Assembly (NCBI GenBank): GCA_963753595.1
Contig: CAVWCX010000028.1
Span: 1 to 64,000, forward strand
Direction: 5' to 3'
Source of the DNA: Candidatus Methanoperedenaceae archaeon
GTDB taxonomy: Archaea; Halobacteriota; Methanosarcinia; Methanosarcinales; Methanoperedenaceae
Length of the DNA: 64,000 bases
A program made the position numbers and the translations under genes. Positions 45,601 to 55,995 of the stretch are shown piece by piece. The number at the start of each line of letters is the position of its first letter. The first letter of the stretch is position 1. Under the pieces are notes generated by a model. The model did not search any database. It was given only the letters and a program-made list of their open reading frames with translations, and was not told the origin of the DNA.

Positions 45601-45801
45601 TCCATTTTGTCTAATCCTATCGTCATGCCCTGCTTGTATGAATTCCCTAACGCTTAAACCACCCCAGTTATCGGCTGATGTTCCTTGGGTCGGAATTGTT
45701 GAATATGGTGCTGTTTTTGAGTGATTTTCAGCAGCTCCACTTACATTACCGAAGAAAAAAAATATAATCAATATTATCAGAATATTTCTAATTACCTTCA
45801 T
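39607..45801 (-). CDS. Large secreted protein: SGNH/GDSL esterase + 3 LamG-like + 5 FN3-like domains
   Basis: Signal peptide; GDS, G, GVND and DGIH SGNH blocks; SRWRMD..GSLYEAMVFNRVLS LamG; ITGLNNATKYYYSVYA FN3. Confidence 0.85.
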   Translation of the reverse strand: MKVIRNILIILIIFFFFGNVSGAAENHSKTAPYSTIPTQGTSADNWGGLSVREFIQAGHDDRIRQNGTIYQIRFSVANVSKLRHFYFTIWRQNRTNFDRFAITEDLINNISNGKNIINLSHPIHGVQEGDFYGYYINSSAQDPLYVGSDTNHNTYFIGGATSYINYNWTNQASDNHIFVIESYMENPYMVFIGDSIISGTPLHRSFIMDTIISNDITNISTSIENHWGRKVNKSYQNMGYGGQGTNLINKRFISDVVDLSPEFVLMEGGVNDIDNVTGVLKTTILNNWESMLQKAHNNNITPVIMLILPCGIRCSDAARSNISYINEELIKKAQNYSPSIVVDARCYVGVSSPSGPSGNCWSANPSYSSDGIHFNSAGHERIAQAIKDSFRFVYGKPGLYNLIQSDGTIIYSKNLRNAINTSWRMASTIDVANVSYNIPSSGEIANLTIYSGTINWFNISNLSLNPTCDLYQTNGILVESKVAVNESVNFTTDMSPGTYYVQCTNMNDPNAHTIGSGAWGSDISLNNTTFVKSTGNVELQLVVNDYISRWRMDGGTGTIIPDENVTSGNDCTLHGTSWLSGGIDFDSYSDYVNCGGNKLTNMNSLTYVADLKPITSDATPRYIMGLEGTGSNWFKVLYIQNSWNLNYNNRGSTSNTRRYSKINALNQGVRQNVISTWSGGITGTSISMYVDNAQTQYSLTGDGDSIANDSGSTFVLGNRLDLTRPYRGSLYEAMVFNRVLSADDQNKVYNKIKYTNGDLIAWYDAGAGNKIHSIGVNTITPINTNYSVLYRQNATGEFKQVGDMLTGNSLIALTEKYQKTDVKIILNGNQIATPELISITFYTQGASGNGSEASIPSLTNIQNVSIGDTWGIVNFTVNQSNALTNIKYSINSDLSGSSSTLNQSSGTNRSVNITGLNNATKYYYSVYAWNSTNTSLLINSSIYNFSTNNNVIPPLIGPSNNYTIGSGAWGSDISLNNTTFVKSTGNVELQLVVNDYISRWRMDGGTGTIIPDENVTSGNDCTLHGTSWLSGGIDFDSYSDYVNCGGNKLTNMNSLTYVADLKPITSDATPRYIMGLEGTGSNWFKVLYIQNSWNLNYNNRGSTSNTRRYSKINALNQGVRQNVISTWSGGITGTSIFMYVDNAQTQYSLTGDGDSIANDSGSTFVLGNRLDLTRPYRGSLYEAMVFNRVLSADDQNKVYNKIKYTNGDLIAWYDAGAGNKIHSIGVNTITPINTNYSVLYRQNATGEFKQVGDMLTGNSLIALTEKYQKTDVKIILNGNQIATPELISITFYTQGASGNGSEASIPSLTNIQNVSIGDTWGIVNFTVNQSNALTNIKYSINSDLSGSSSTLNQSSGTNRSVNITGLNNATKYYYSVYAWNSTNTSLLINSSIYNFSTNSNVTLPPLLTTNFPPSLTNIQNVSIGDTWGIVNFTVNQSNALTNIKYSINSDLSGSSSTLNQSSGTNRSVNITGLNNATKYYYSVYAWNSTNTSLLINSSIYNFSTNSNVTLPPLLTTNFPPSLANIQNVSIGDTWGIVNFTVNQSNALTNIKYSINSDLSGSSSTLNQSSGTNRSVNITGLNNATKYYYSVYAWNSTNTSLLINSSIYNFSTNSNVTLPPLLTTNFPPSLTNIQNVSIGDTWGIVNFTVNQSNALTNIKYSINSDLSGSSSTLNQSSGTNRSVNITGLNNATKYYYSVYAWNSTNTSLLINSSIYNFSTNNNVIPPLIGPSNNYTIGSGAWGSDISLNNTTFVKSTGNVELQLVVNDYISRWRMDGGTGTIIPDENVTSGNDCTLHGTSWLSGGIDFDSYSDYVNCGGNKLTNMNSLTYVADLKPITSDATPRYIMGLEGTGSNWFKVLYIQNSWNLNYNNRGSTSNTRRYSKINALNQGVRQNVISTWSGGITGASISMYVDNAQTQYSLTGDGDSIANDSGSTFVLGNRLDLTRPYRGSLYEAMVFNRVLSADDQNKVYNKIKYTNGDLIAWYDAGAGNKIHSIGVNTITPINTNYSVLYRQNATGEFMQVGDMLTGNSLIALTEKYQKTDVKIILNGNQIATPKLNSIRFYS
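39638..44265 (-). repeat. Near-identical intragenic repeats (321-bp FN3 period; 1350-bp LamG+FN3 period)
   Basis: Identical segments recur at 40736, 41057, 41378, 41699 and 43049. Confidence 0.92.
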
Positions 45802-46051
45802 TTCAAATTTCTATTACACACACTAGATATTTATAACTATCTGATATATAATATATTGATTTGATAATAGTAATTATTATGAGAATAATTTCATCATATT
45901 GAATTATATCCAAAAAATTCATCATTCTATTTTTGATTTTCATTAAGAAGACTTGTCATCTGAAAAAAATCTGAAAAATAATTTCAGGACTCACGCGGTG
46001 TCATTACTATGCATACATTTATATTTGGAAGAATTATATTTACCTTATCTA

Positions 46052-47896
<1,845 letters not shown>

Positions 47897-48000
47897 CGAA
47901 TGGAGTGCAGACTTCAAAGTAGACAAGTAGTTAATCAAAGAGATGGAAACCATAGCAAAAACAACAAGAAGAAGAATTAGTGAATTCAAGCCACTGAGAT

Positions 48001-49854
48001 TTAGATATAGCTTACCCTTCCACTAATATTGCCTGTGGGCTTCTTCAAGAGCTCAATATCCTGCACCAAAAAAGAACTTGAACCTGTCGATACTATTACC
48101 GAACTATTCGTATAATATGTTATATCGTAGTCCGCTGTAAGATTATATTCCCCTGAAGTGACAGAAAATGAATAGAATCCAGTTTCATTAGTTATCGTTG
48201 ATCTGCTGGTGTTGGTGGATACCTTTACCCCTGAGATACCCGTTTTATTCACACTATCCATAACTGTCCCGTTAATATATACCGCAGGCAATATAGAGGA
48301 CTCTGTTTGTGTATTCTTAATATGGAGCACCCAGTCGTTCGTGTCAGGAGCTGTGAATTTTCTAGAAGAACTACCCAGGACTGTTGTCTTCCCCTGATAG
48401 GTTCCAGCGCGGGGATTGTACCATTCCACAGATAAAGTACCTTTTGCCGGGGAGAGATTAACGGTTGTTGAGCCTCCGGAGGGGAGATAAATAACATACT
48501 CATTACCTACATCAGCAATTGCAGAAGCATTCCCTGCCAGGACTATTTCTTTGTTTGGAGACAGTTTCCAATATTTTGTGGTGCTCCAAAAATTAAATAG
48601 ATAAGTCATGTAATCCGTACCTTTGGATCGTGCATATTGAATCCCTTGAAAAGGTTGTGCCCTTGAGTTATATGTTCCTGTGTTTCCAAATGCAAGTCCA
48701 CTTGCCCCATATGTCATTACATACCAAGCTCCTTTTCTTACAGTGTCTGCATCCACATGATGAGTATAGATTGCTCCAGCCCCACTGTCTTCATAATAAA
48801 ACTCTTCATTCATAACTGGTTTGTTATAACTTCTATCTGAAGTAATTAAACTCCAAGTTCTAGTTTGTTGCAATATCCAATCCAGCCAAGCCTCATTTTT
48901 TAATTCATTATTTGAATCTAATGTATGCATGGATTGGATATCCCCATATGGGTCATACTTCTCTATCCAATTGCCTATTTGATTCGCTAAAGCAATGTAT
49001 CCGGGAGGTGTGTTTCCTTGCTCTTCAAACTCTGCTCTACCTTCCCATGCGATATCGTAGGCGCTATAACGAGCAACGAGATATTTTATATAACGCTCCA
49101 TCTTTCCATTACCCCACCCAAAAAATGTTGTTAGTAGACTTCCATCTCCGCCGACGACAAGGTGCATCATTATTCCTTTAGAATTCGCATAATTTATCCG
49201 TTTATCAACTTCCTGGAAATATTTTGGATTAAGATTATCAGGATCCCATGGTTCGAATGCTCTTCCACCTTCGTTATAATGTGAACTATCATTTGCTGCA
49301 GAATAAAAAGGAACCATATAACTTCTAATAAAATTAAACTTTTGATTGGAACGGTTGTCTACATATTGTTTATATGTCAGATAGTTTAGTGAACCACTTA
49401 CATTCGACATTGCATTCCAATTAGTATCGCCCATAAGTAACACATTCCCACCATTGCTTCTTTTAAAGGCAAAACGGTTTATGGGATCACGGATAATAAA
49501 TCCTTTTTTATTCGACGTTTCAACTATAAAGCTTCCTTTATTCCCGTTAAGTTGTATGTCATTTGAATACGTAACATAATTCCATGTGCCAACTTCAGTG
49601 GGCACTATTCTGATTTTCCAGTTATCTCCACCATCCCAAAAACCATATATTTGAATTTTTGTGGAATTTGGTCCGGTGAAACTTGCATTAAGCCAGACAT
49701 CAATATATGGGTTCTGATATGTATTCGTTGTTGTTAGATTAATATTATATATATCAAATTTGCCTACGTTTCCTGCCTGAACAATTGCAGTCGCTGAAAT
49801 AAGTATATATAGAGTTATAATCAGTATCCACAGAAACCTTCCCTTCATATCCAT
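48001..49854 (-). CDS. Secreted DUF5060/DUF4038 protein with C-terminal carboxypeptidase-regulatory-like domain
   Basis: Paralog of 37984..39537 with an extra INGTV.D...GISGVKV...TNETGFYSF domain. Confidence 0.82.
   Translation of the reverse strand: MDMKGRFLWILIITLYILISATAIVQAGNVGKFDIYNINLTTTNTYQNPYIDVWLNASFTGPNSTKIQIYGFWDGGDNWKIRIVPTEVGTWNYVTYSNDIQLNGNKGSFIVETSNKKGFIIRDPINRFAFKRSNGGNVLLMGDTNWNAMSNVSGSLNYLTYKQYVDNRSNQKFNFIRSYMVPFYSAANDSSHYNEGGRAFEPWDPDNLNPKYFQEVDKRINYANSKGIMMHLVVGGDGSLLTTFFGWGNGKMERYIKYLVARYSAYDIAWEGRAEFEEQGNTPPGYIALANQIGNWIEKYDPYGDIQSMHTLDSNNELKNEAWLDWILQQTRTWSLITSDRSYNKPVMNEEFYYEDSGAGAIYTHHVDADTVRKGAWYVMTYGASGLAFGNTGTYNSRAQPFQGIQYARSKGTDYMTYLFNFWSTTKYWKLSPNKEIVLAGNASAIADVGNEYVIYLPSGGSTTVNLSPAKGTLSVEWYNPRAGTYQGKTTVLGSSSRKFTAPDTNDWVLHIKNTQTESSILPAVYINGTVMDSVNKTGISGVKVSTNTSRSTITNETGFYSFSVTSGEYNLTADYDITYYTNSSVIVSTGSSSFLVQDIELLKKPTGNISGRVSYI
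49175..49497 (-). repeat. 323-bp near-identical inverted repeat, copy 2
   Basis: Reverse complement of 38341..38663. Confidence 0.9.
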
Positions 49855-50144
49855 ACCTATCCTTTACTTCCATCACTTAATGACATTTTTGAAGATAACT
49901 TCTTATTAACAATCTTTATATAAAAGAGGTTTGAAAGTTTCTTATGGTTTTTAATAATTTATAAGGTTTATCAATGTTTATTATTGATCATTATTGTTTA
50001 TAGAACTTATTAATCCATAAGTTTCTAACCCTAATTTGATAGTTAAAAAATACTATTTATCGAGTATTTCTACTTTTTTGGCAGTAAACCAATTTTACAG
50101 TAACAAAAAATTTATAAATATTCTTGAGTTTTAGCTAGGTTACC

Positions 50145-50529
50145 CCTTGATTTTGCACCAAAATCAGCTTATTAATTCATTAAGCTGTTTATTATGAATT
50201 TTGTCGAAATATTCTTCAATTCCTTGATCTCATATCTTTTCAAAGAAACAAATAATTTAGCTAAAAAACCAAGGATCAATGCCCCATAAATGCTATCATC
50301 CGACCGTACCGGTTTTATTTTAATCTCATAAATCTTCTCGATTGAATCCTTCTATCTATAAGTTTACAAAGCCTGCTGAAGTGTGAAGCTCCCAGCCGCA
50401 GCAGAGCTGCGGAGTATAACGATTAAGTCAAATCCTCAAATGATTTAATGCAGAAAAATCCTTCCCGACCGTTAATAATTATCTTTTCAAGCAGTTTTAG
50501 AGCTTCATCTTCACTAAATTCTGTAGCTT
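50145..50529 (-). pseudogene. IS1634 transposase 3' remnant
   Basis: Aligns by eye to 17560-17980 with deletions. Confidence 0.8.
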
Positions 50530-50533
50530 TTAA

Positions 50534-51944
50534 GGGTGGTTACCAATTCATAGGTTTGCCTTATAAATTTAACTATTTTTTATACTTGCAGTAAGATTTA
50601 TATTATTCATCCCCCCATTATTATTTTAATCACAAAATTCCAAAGAGGGGATGAACAATGGAGTTTAATGTTGATAAGCAAATAAAAAGCTATTGGAACA
50701 AATTCATCGGTCAAACCGATGCAAATAATGAAGAGTTTGCAGATGCAACCTCCGAGAACAGCGTTCGGGCATCAAAATTTCTGGAAGGATTAAACCTGGA
50801 TCCGATAATGCCTGAAATCAACAAGCATTATACCGTTAAAGAAGGAGTGGAAACCTATCCAAGAAGGGCAATGGTAAAGGCATTTATCTGGAGAAAGATA
50901 AAGACAATAAAATATTATACGAAAGAGGAAAGAAACTTAAGAACACATCCTGATGAGGCACTAGAATTGGGTTTCAATATTGATCCAGATGAAAATATCA
51001 TAGTTCCAGATCATGAAACTTTGAGGCATTTCGAAAAAGTGAGACTGGGTAATAAGGGGATGGATTCTATAATGCAACTTTTTTGCGTAAAGGTTGTAGA
51101 AGCTGGTAACCGATTGGATTTAAAAATTGGAAAATGCACTGGGACAGATAGTACTCCAATCAAGACACATAACGATTCTGATGGAAAATACAATGGCCAT
51201 TATAAGAAAAAGATGGTCAAAGCACAAATAACCATGGATTATGAGCACAATATTCCCCTGGCTAAAAAGGTATGCGGTGGAACTGAAAATGATGATAAAT
51301 ATCTTGAAGATATGCTCCGAAAGACAGCAGTATCTGCCGGGATGAATATGGAAGAGACATGGTTTGATGGCGGTTATAATAGCAATAAGAATATTGCCTT
51401 CGCACATATTGAAATGGGTTTAATGTCACATCATCATATTGACAAGGATTGGAGAGAAAATGTAAAATACGAGCATAGATTTAATGGAAAAACCTATATC
51501 TATTCCCCTGAACAGGAGATTAATTATCTCTATAGAAAAAATTGGCAAGATCCAAAATATAAGAAAGATGCTTCTCTTGAATATAAGATGCAATTTCTTG
51601 TCAAAAAGGGATTTCATGATCCTGTTGCCATGTATTTTAGAAATGATTATATGAATAAATATAATGAGTGTCCCGATAATGTTCTTGATATTTACCATAG
51701 AAGAAACAGCAACGAAGGAATCAATAGCTATCTGAAAGATCACCTTGAAGTTGAGGTACATTTGAATGGTAAAGGTATGAAGAATATTGACCTTCATGTG
51801 ACTGAGTGCTGTATTGTCATGCTGGCAGTAGCATTTGCACGTTTGCAGCATGGAATAAAAGAAAATCTCTCTTCGGTTGCATATCTCACATAGGAGGTGA
51901 AAAAAAATCTACCAATGGTTTCAAGGGTGTCTTGGTAACCACCT
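50534..51944 (+). mobile_element. DDE insertion sequence (IS4/IS5/IS1182-like), transposase 50658..51893
   Basis: 13-bp TIR (G/A)GGTGGTTACCAA flanked by TTAA on both sides; DSTPI, FDGGY, YHRRNSNEGINSYLK. Confidence 0.85.
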
Positions 51945-51954
51945 TTAAGAAGAA

Positions 51955-53277
51955 GTGGGGCTGTCAAAAAGTTTGGTGTTGGAGAAGAATTTATTTTTTA
52001 TTGACAGATTAAAATAGAAAGATTTAAATATTATGAAAGTAGATATATATTTATGCAACTAAACATCGTATCTACTTTCGAAAACTGTATTGCTTCAGTA
52101 CAACTTAAATTATCCGATTACATTTCAAAAGTTCCCAAGATAAAAGAAGGAATTGCATCTCGATTATCAGAAAACAGATCAAGAAATATAAATAACCCCG
52201 TGGAACTATTATTTCATATAGGAAACAGATTTGAGATTCTATATCCCCATTGTCCGGAATGTAGTTCTTCAAAAGTGATAAAACAGGAATATTATCCACG
52301 CAATTTAAAATTGGCGGAATTTGGTCATCAAACAGTTTATGTGAGACGTTATTATTGCAAAACATGTGACAAGAAATTCAGCACACCCATTGACGCTATC
52401 GTAGAAAAAGGACATCAATATGCCAGGATTTATCAAAATCACATATGTGAAAGCTTTAAGACAGGTTATAATTCATTCAGACATTTGAAAAAGATATTTC
52501 ACTCTTTCTACAATCATTCTCCTTCACATCAAACAATATACAACTGGATTTTTGAAATGAATCCAAAATCGGAAGCAATAGAACCGAATTTATCTGGGTA
52601 TTATTGCTATGACGAGCAATACTTAAAGATCGATGGGAAGCGATTTTATCGAATAAATTTGATTGATTCAATACTCAATAAGCCAGTAAAAGAGTTGATC
52701 GTCAATGATTTTCAATATGATACAGTTAAATCGTTCATTGAAAAAGCGATATCTGGCATACCAGTCCACGCAATTACAACGGATCACAGAAGAGAATATA
52801 AAAGCATAATGGATGAACTGAAAATCAACCATCAACTTTGTATTTTTCATCTATTTAAAATGATCGGCAAAGAGATTATTCCAAAATTAAGATCTAAATT
52901 CATTTCAAACACCAATAAAATTCGATTATGCATATTATTTACTGAAATTAAGGAAATTTTCAGAACTTTCGACTTGAATATCGCTATCAATAGACTTAAT
53001 GGATTGTTGGAGAAATCAAATGCAACACCAAAAATTATCCATAAATTTATACAAAAAATAGAGGATGATTTTGAAAGACTCACTCTTTTTATGAGGGATG
53101 GGTTTGTTTCAAGAACAACGAATCCCATTGAAAACTATTATCGAACTACTATGCCTGATTCATTAAAAAGGATCTTCAAAACACCAGATGGAGCTTTAAA
53201 ATATCTGGATATCAGGAAGAATTATTGGCTAAATAACATTTCAAAAAATATTTAACACCAAAAGATTTTACACCCAC
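51955..53277 (+). mobile_element. ISH6/ISNCY-like insertion sequence, transposase 52053..53255
   Basis: CPEC..CKTC Zn ribbon, YDEQY, ITTD, HQLCIFH, RTTNPIENYY; imperfect TIR GTGGG..TTTGGTGTT / AACACCAAA..CCCAC. Confidence 0.8.
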
Positions 53278-53322
53278 ATCCAATCAAAACATATAAATGC
53301 CATTAATGTTAACATATTAAAT

Positions 53323-53454
53323 GGAGAGTAAACCGGGTGATCATATCTAAGCCTGCGTGGTAATCTCGCAGCTCAGGATGATATAGAATACCAAACATGG
53401 GTAATGCCATGTGCGGAATAACTATGGTTCGGTACCCGCCCGGGCTTGAATCCC
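53323..53454 (+). ncRNA. Putative structured small RNA, copy 1
   Basis: TATA-like ATATAAATG about 30 nt upstream, T6 tract downstream, paired ends, homologous to 63130..63266 with compensatory changes. Confidence 0.65.
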
Positions 53455-53542
53455 TTTTTTGGTGCGTTGTGATTTCTGTGCACGGCACAAAGGCAAATAA
53501 ATAAAATATACAAATAAAATTTTTAAATTAAAGGAGAATTAT

Positions 53543-53705
53543 ATCGTTTAAAACTGAATGAATGATTAGATAATTTTATATACTAATGACGCATTCATTA
53601 TAATTGTTTACTAACGTGTGAACTGCGGGGTGGGGGGCCATCCAACTTATGCATCAGTTAGATCTGGTACATGAGAAAGGAATATTCCCTTTTACTTGAA
53701 TCCCT
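53543..53705 (+). promoter_or_regulatory. Conserved promoter plus structured leader, copy A
   Basis: Collinear blocks shared with 57944..58123(-), including TTTTA.ATACT and ACTTATGCATCAGTT. Confidence 0.55.
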
Positions 53706-53776
53706 GACGGGAAAACAACACGCAAAAAAACATGGAAAAACCATAGAAACTGAATCGCAAATGGAGGAGTGAATAT

Positions 53777-54466
53777 ATGTATATATTTAGCTGGGAAAAA
53801 GTTCCAGGAAAAGATAACGGAAAACTCATAGAGTATCTGGAACAGAAATATGGTGTCGATTGGGTAAGGACAGCAAAAATTGAAAAAATCGGTAATGACG
53901 AGATCAAAATTTTTTCTGAAAAAAACTTTCTTACATTAATGCTTAACAATCAAAAAACCAATGTAATTTTAAACATCAACAAAGTCAGAACTGATGAATT
54001 CAGGGTGGAGATCGAAAATGGTACCGTAAACATATACAAAGATACCAGCCAAAGCATCAGGAAAGGAGTAAAACTGGAAACCGGTTATCCCTATGCTGTC
54101 CTGGGCGGACTTGTGATCGCGGGCCTGATCATCGTGGCCTTTCTGGGATACTCTGGTGTCCAAAGCGCCGGAATATTCTCCCAGCGCGAGGCGTTCTTCG
54201 TGATCGGCAGCTCAATACTTATATTAACAGCCGCATCGATTTACCTTCTCTTCACGCTGCGAAACACTATCAGCGTCCTTAAGATCCACGAGGAGGAACT
54301 GCAATCTGCGCGCGATGCGGGACAGGAAAGACGTATCACCTCGCTTGAAGGCACACGATCCGGTGCGACCACCTCGCTTGCCCCACGCGTCTCGGCCCTT
54401 GAGCCGCAACTTGCGACCCTGGAAGCTCGCATCACTACCCTGGAAAGCGGCCGACCATCTCACTAA
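53777..54466 (+). CDS. Membrane protein: FSWxxVPG-type N-domain, two TMs, coiled-coil tail
   Basis: GGAGG RBS; YIFSWEKVPGKDNGKLIEYL domain; RITSLE/RVSALE/RITTLE heptads. Confidence 0.65.
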   Translation: MYIFSWEKVPGKDNGKLIEYLEQKYGVDWVRTAKIEKIGNDEIKIFSEKNFLTLMLNNQKTNVILNINKVRTDEFRVEIENGTVNIYKDTSQSIRKGVKLETGYPYAVLGGLVIAGLIIVAFLGYSGVQSAGIFSQREAFFVIGSSILILTAASIYLLFTLRNTISVLKIHEEELQSARDAGQERRITSLEGTRSGATTSLAPRVSALEPQLATLEARITTLESGRPSH

Positions 54467-54515
54467 ACGTAACCCTGGGTGTTAAAAATTTTTTTTTAAA
54501 AAATAGGAGGATATT

Positions 54516-54788
54516 TTGGCATATACACTGGAGATATTAATAATTATAATCGGAATTATATATGGCTACATGAAACCAGGCAAAGAAGACCGTTCGGCAC
54601 TCCTCAAGAAAGGAGTGGTGATTGGAATAGTCCTTGGTGCTATAATGGTATTACTGGGATTATTTGGAGGTAGAGAAATTCTGCTGCTTGGAGGTTTAGT
54701 CGGAATGGTCGTATTTATCGAAGTTATAATCCTTGCAGTACTATTCGTTATAGGTACCTACATAGGAGATATGCTGGAGCACAAATAG
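54516..54788 (+). CDS. Small three-TM membrane protein (paralog of 60073..60345)
   Basis: GGAGG RBS; near-identical paralog in the window. Confidence 0.75.
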   Translation: MAYTLEILIIIIGIIYGYMKPGKEDRSALLKKGVVIGIVLGAIMVLLGLFGGREILLLGGLVGMVVFIEVIILAVLFVIGTYIGDMLEHK

Positions 54789-54828
54789 GTAAAAACAGTC
54801 AGATTAATATATGAAACGGAGGAATAAT

Positions 54829-55008
54829 ATGAAAAGCAGTACACAGGACAAAATAGAAAGCAATATCCACAAAATTAAGGGTGAGATCAAGGAAACTGCA
54901 GGGCAGCTACTCGATAATCCCAAACTGGAAGCAGAAGGAACATCAGAAAAAATTGTCGGCAAAATTCAAGAAAAGACCGGCGAGATCAAGAAGGTCTTTG
55001 GGAAATAG
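54829..55008 (+). CDS. csbD: CsbD family stress protein
   Basis: DKIE...KGEIKETAG...LEAEG..EKIVGKIQEKTGEIK; GGAGG RBS. Confidence 0.88.
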   Translation: MKSSTQDKIESNIHKIKGEIKETAGQLLDNPKLEAEGTSEKIVGKIQEKTGEIKKVFGK

Positions 55009-55113
55009 AACGCGTATAATGTGAAGGTGTTTGAGGCCAAAAACCTCAAATATTCTTTAGCTTTTTTTCTTTAAGTTTTTCCGGATTATTTATATGAATG
55101 CTGAAATAGCCAA

Positions 55114-55671
55114 TTAATTCTTCAGCGGGTTTTTCAAAGCTGACATTTCTTGTTCCATTTCTGCAACTATCTTTTTAAGGTCAATCATACGCATTTCCCG
55201 CCCTACAAATAGCTTGTTGAAACGTTCAAGTTCAGCGTTCTTTTCTTTTAATTCAATTTCAATTCGTTTGCGTTCTGTTATATCTTCAATTGCAAGTAGA
55301 ATTATTTTTTTACATTCAGCACCGCTATGGATTTCACGGGCGTTGAGCAGCATTACTTTGTGGCCAATAGTTGGAAAAACGTGTTCTACTTCGAAATCAT
55401 TGAACGGTGTGTTTTCCGGAATAATTCTTTCTAGTAATTTCTTTAATTCCCGCAATCTGGAAATGTTCCATTCCTGGTTTCCAATAGTGAATATTGAATT
55501 ACCAATTGTTACTTCTGGTTTCACTTTAAAAGTATTATAAAAGTTGTCGTTAGCGAAAATTACTTTCATTTCGGTATCAAGCACCACTAAAGATTCACGG
55601 ACTGTATTTACAATATTTTCAAATTGGTTCGACCACTCTCCGAACAATCCTGCCTGTACTACATTATTCAT
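55114..55671 (-). CDS. PAS-domain protein with C-terminal coiled coil
   Basis: VRESLVVLD..ANDNFY, ILLAIEDITERKR, VGREMRMIDLK. Confidence 0.85.
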   Translation of the reverse strand: MNNVVQAGLFGEWSNQFENIVNTVRESLVVLDTEMKVIFANDNFYNTFKVKPEVTIGNSIFTIGNQEWNISRLRELKKLLERIIPENTPFNDFEVEHVFPTIGHKVMLLNAREIHSGAECKKIILLAIEDITERKRIEIELKEKNAELERFNKLFVGREMRMIDLKKIVAEMEQEMSALKNPLKN

Positions 55672-55710
55672 TTATTATTCCCCGTCAATACTGGATGTGA
55701 AAGCTAAAGG

Positions 55711-55995
55711 CTATTTCTTATATATAAGAAGTGCCCCTAACATTACCCCAATTAAACCTATCAATACAAATCCAAGCCCTCGCATAGTGAACATCGCATC
55801 AATGAATGATGCAATTCCCCAGAGGGTCAAGAAAAATCCCGTGGCTGCGAGTGAGATCGCAACTCCGGTAATGAATAACTTTTTTTTAAATTTCTCTATA
55901 CCTTCTTCTATGCAATTACCAATTCCCCCGGGCCCGATAAATCCTTGAATTATCGAATTTGAAAGGCCGGACAGAAAATCAATTATTTGCCCCAC
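55711..55995 (-). CDS. Two-TM membrane protein (YqjE/holin-like; paralog of 60394..60681)
   Basis: Overlaps the upstream ElaB-like gene; duplicated in the window. Confidence 0.65.
   Translation of the reverse strand: MGQIIDFLSGLSNSIIQGFIGPGGIGNCIEEGIEKFKKKLFITGVAISLAATGFFLTLWGIASFIDAMFTMRGLGFVLIGLIGVMLGALLIYKK

Noticed and set aside
53441-53454. GGGCTTGAATCCC as a tRNA T-arm or att site
   Set aside because: No cloverleaf; copy 2 breaks this local stem but keeps the long-range pairing; no integrase nearby.
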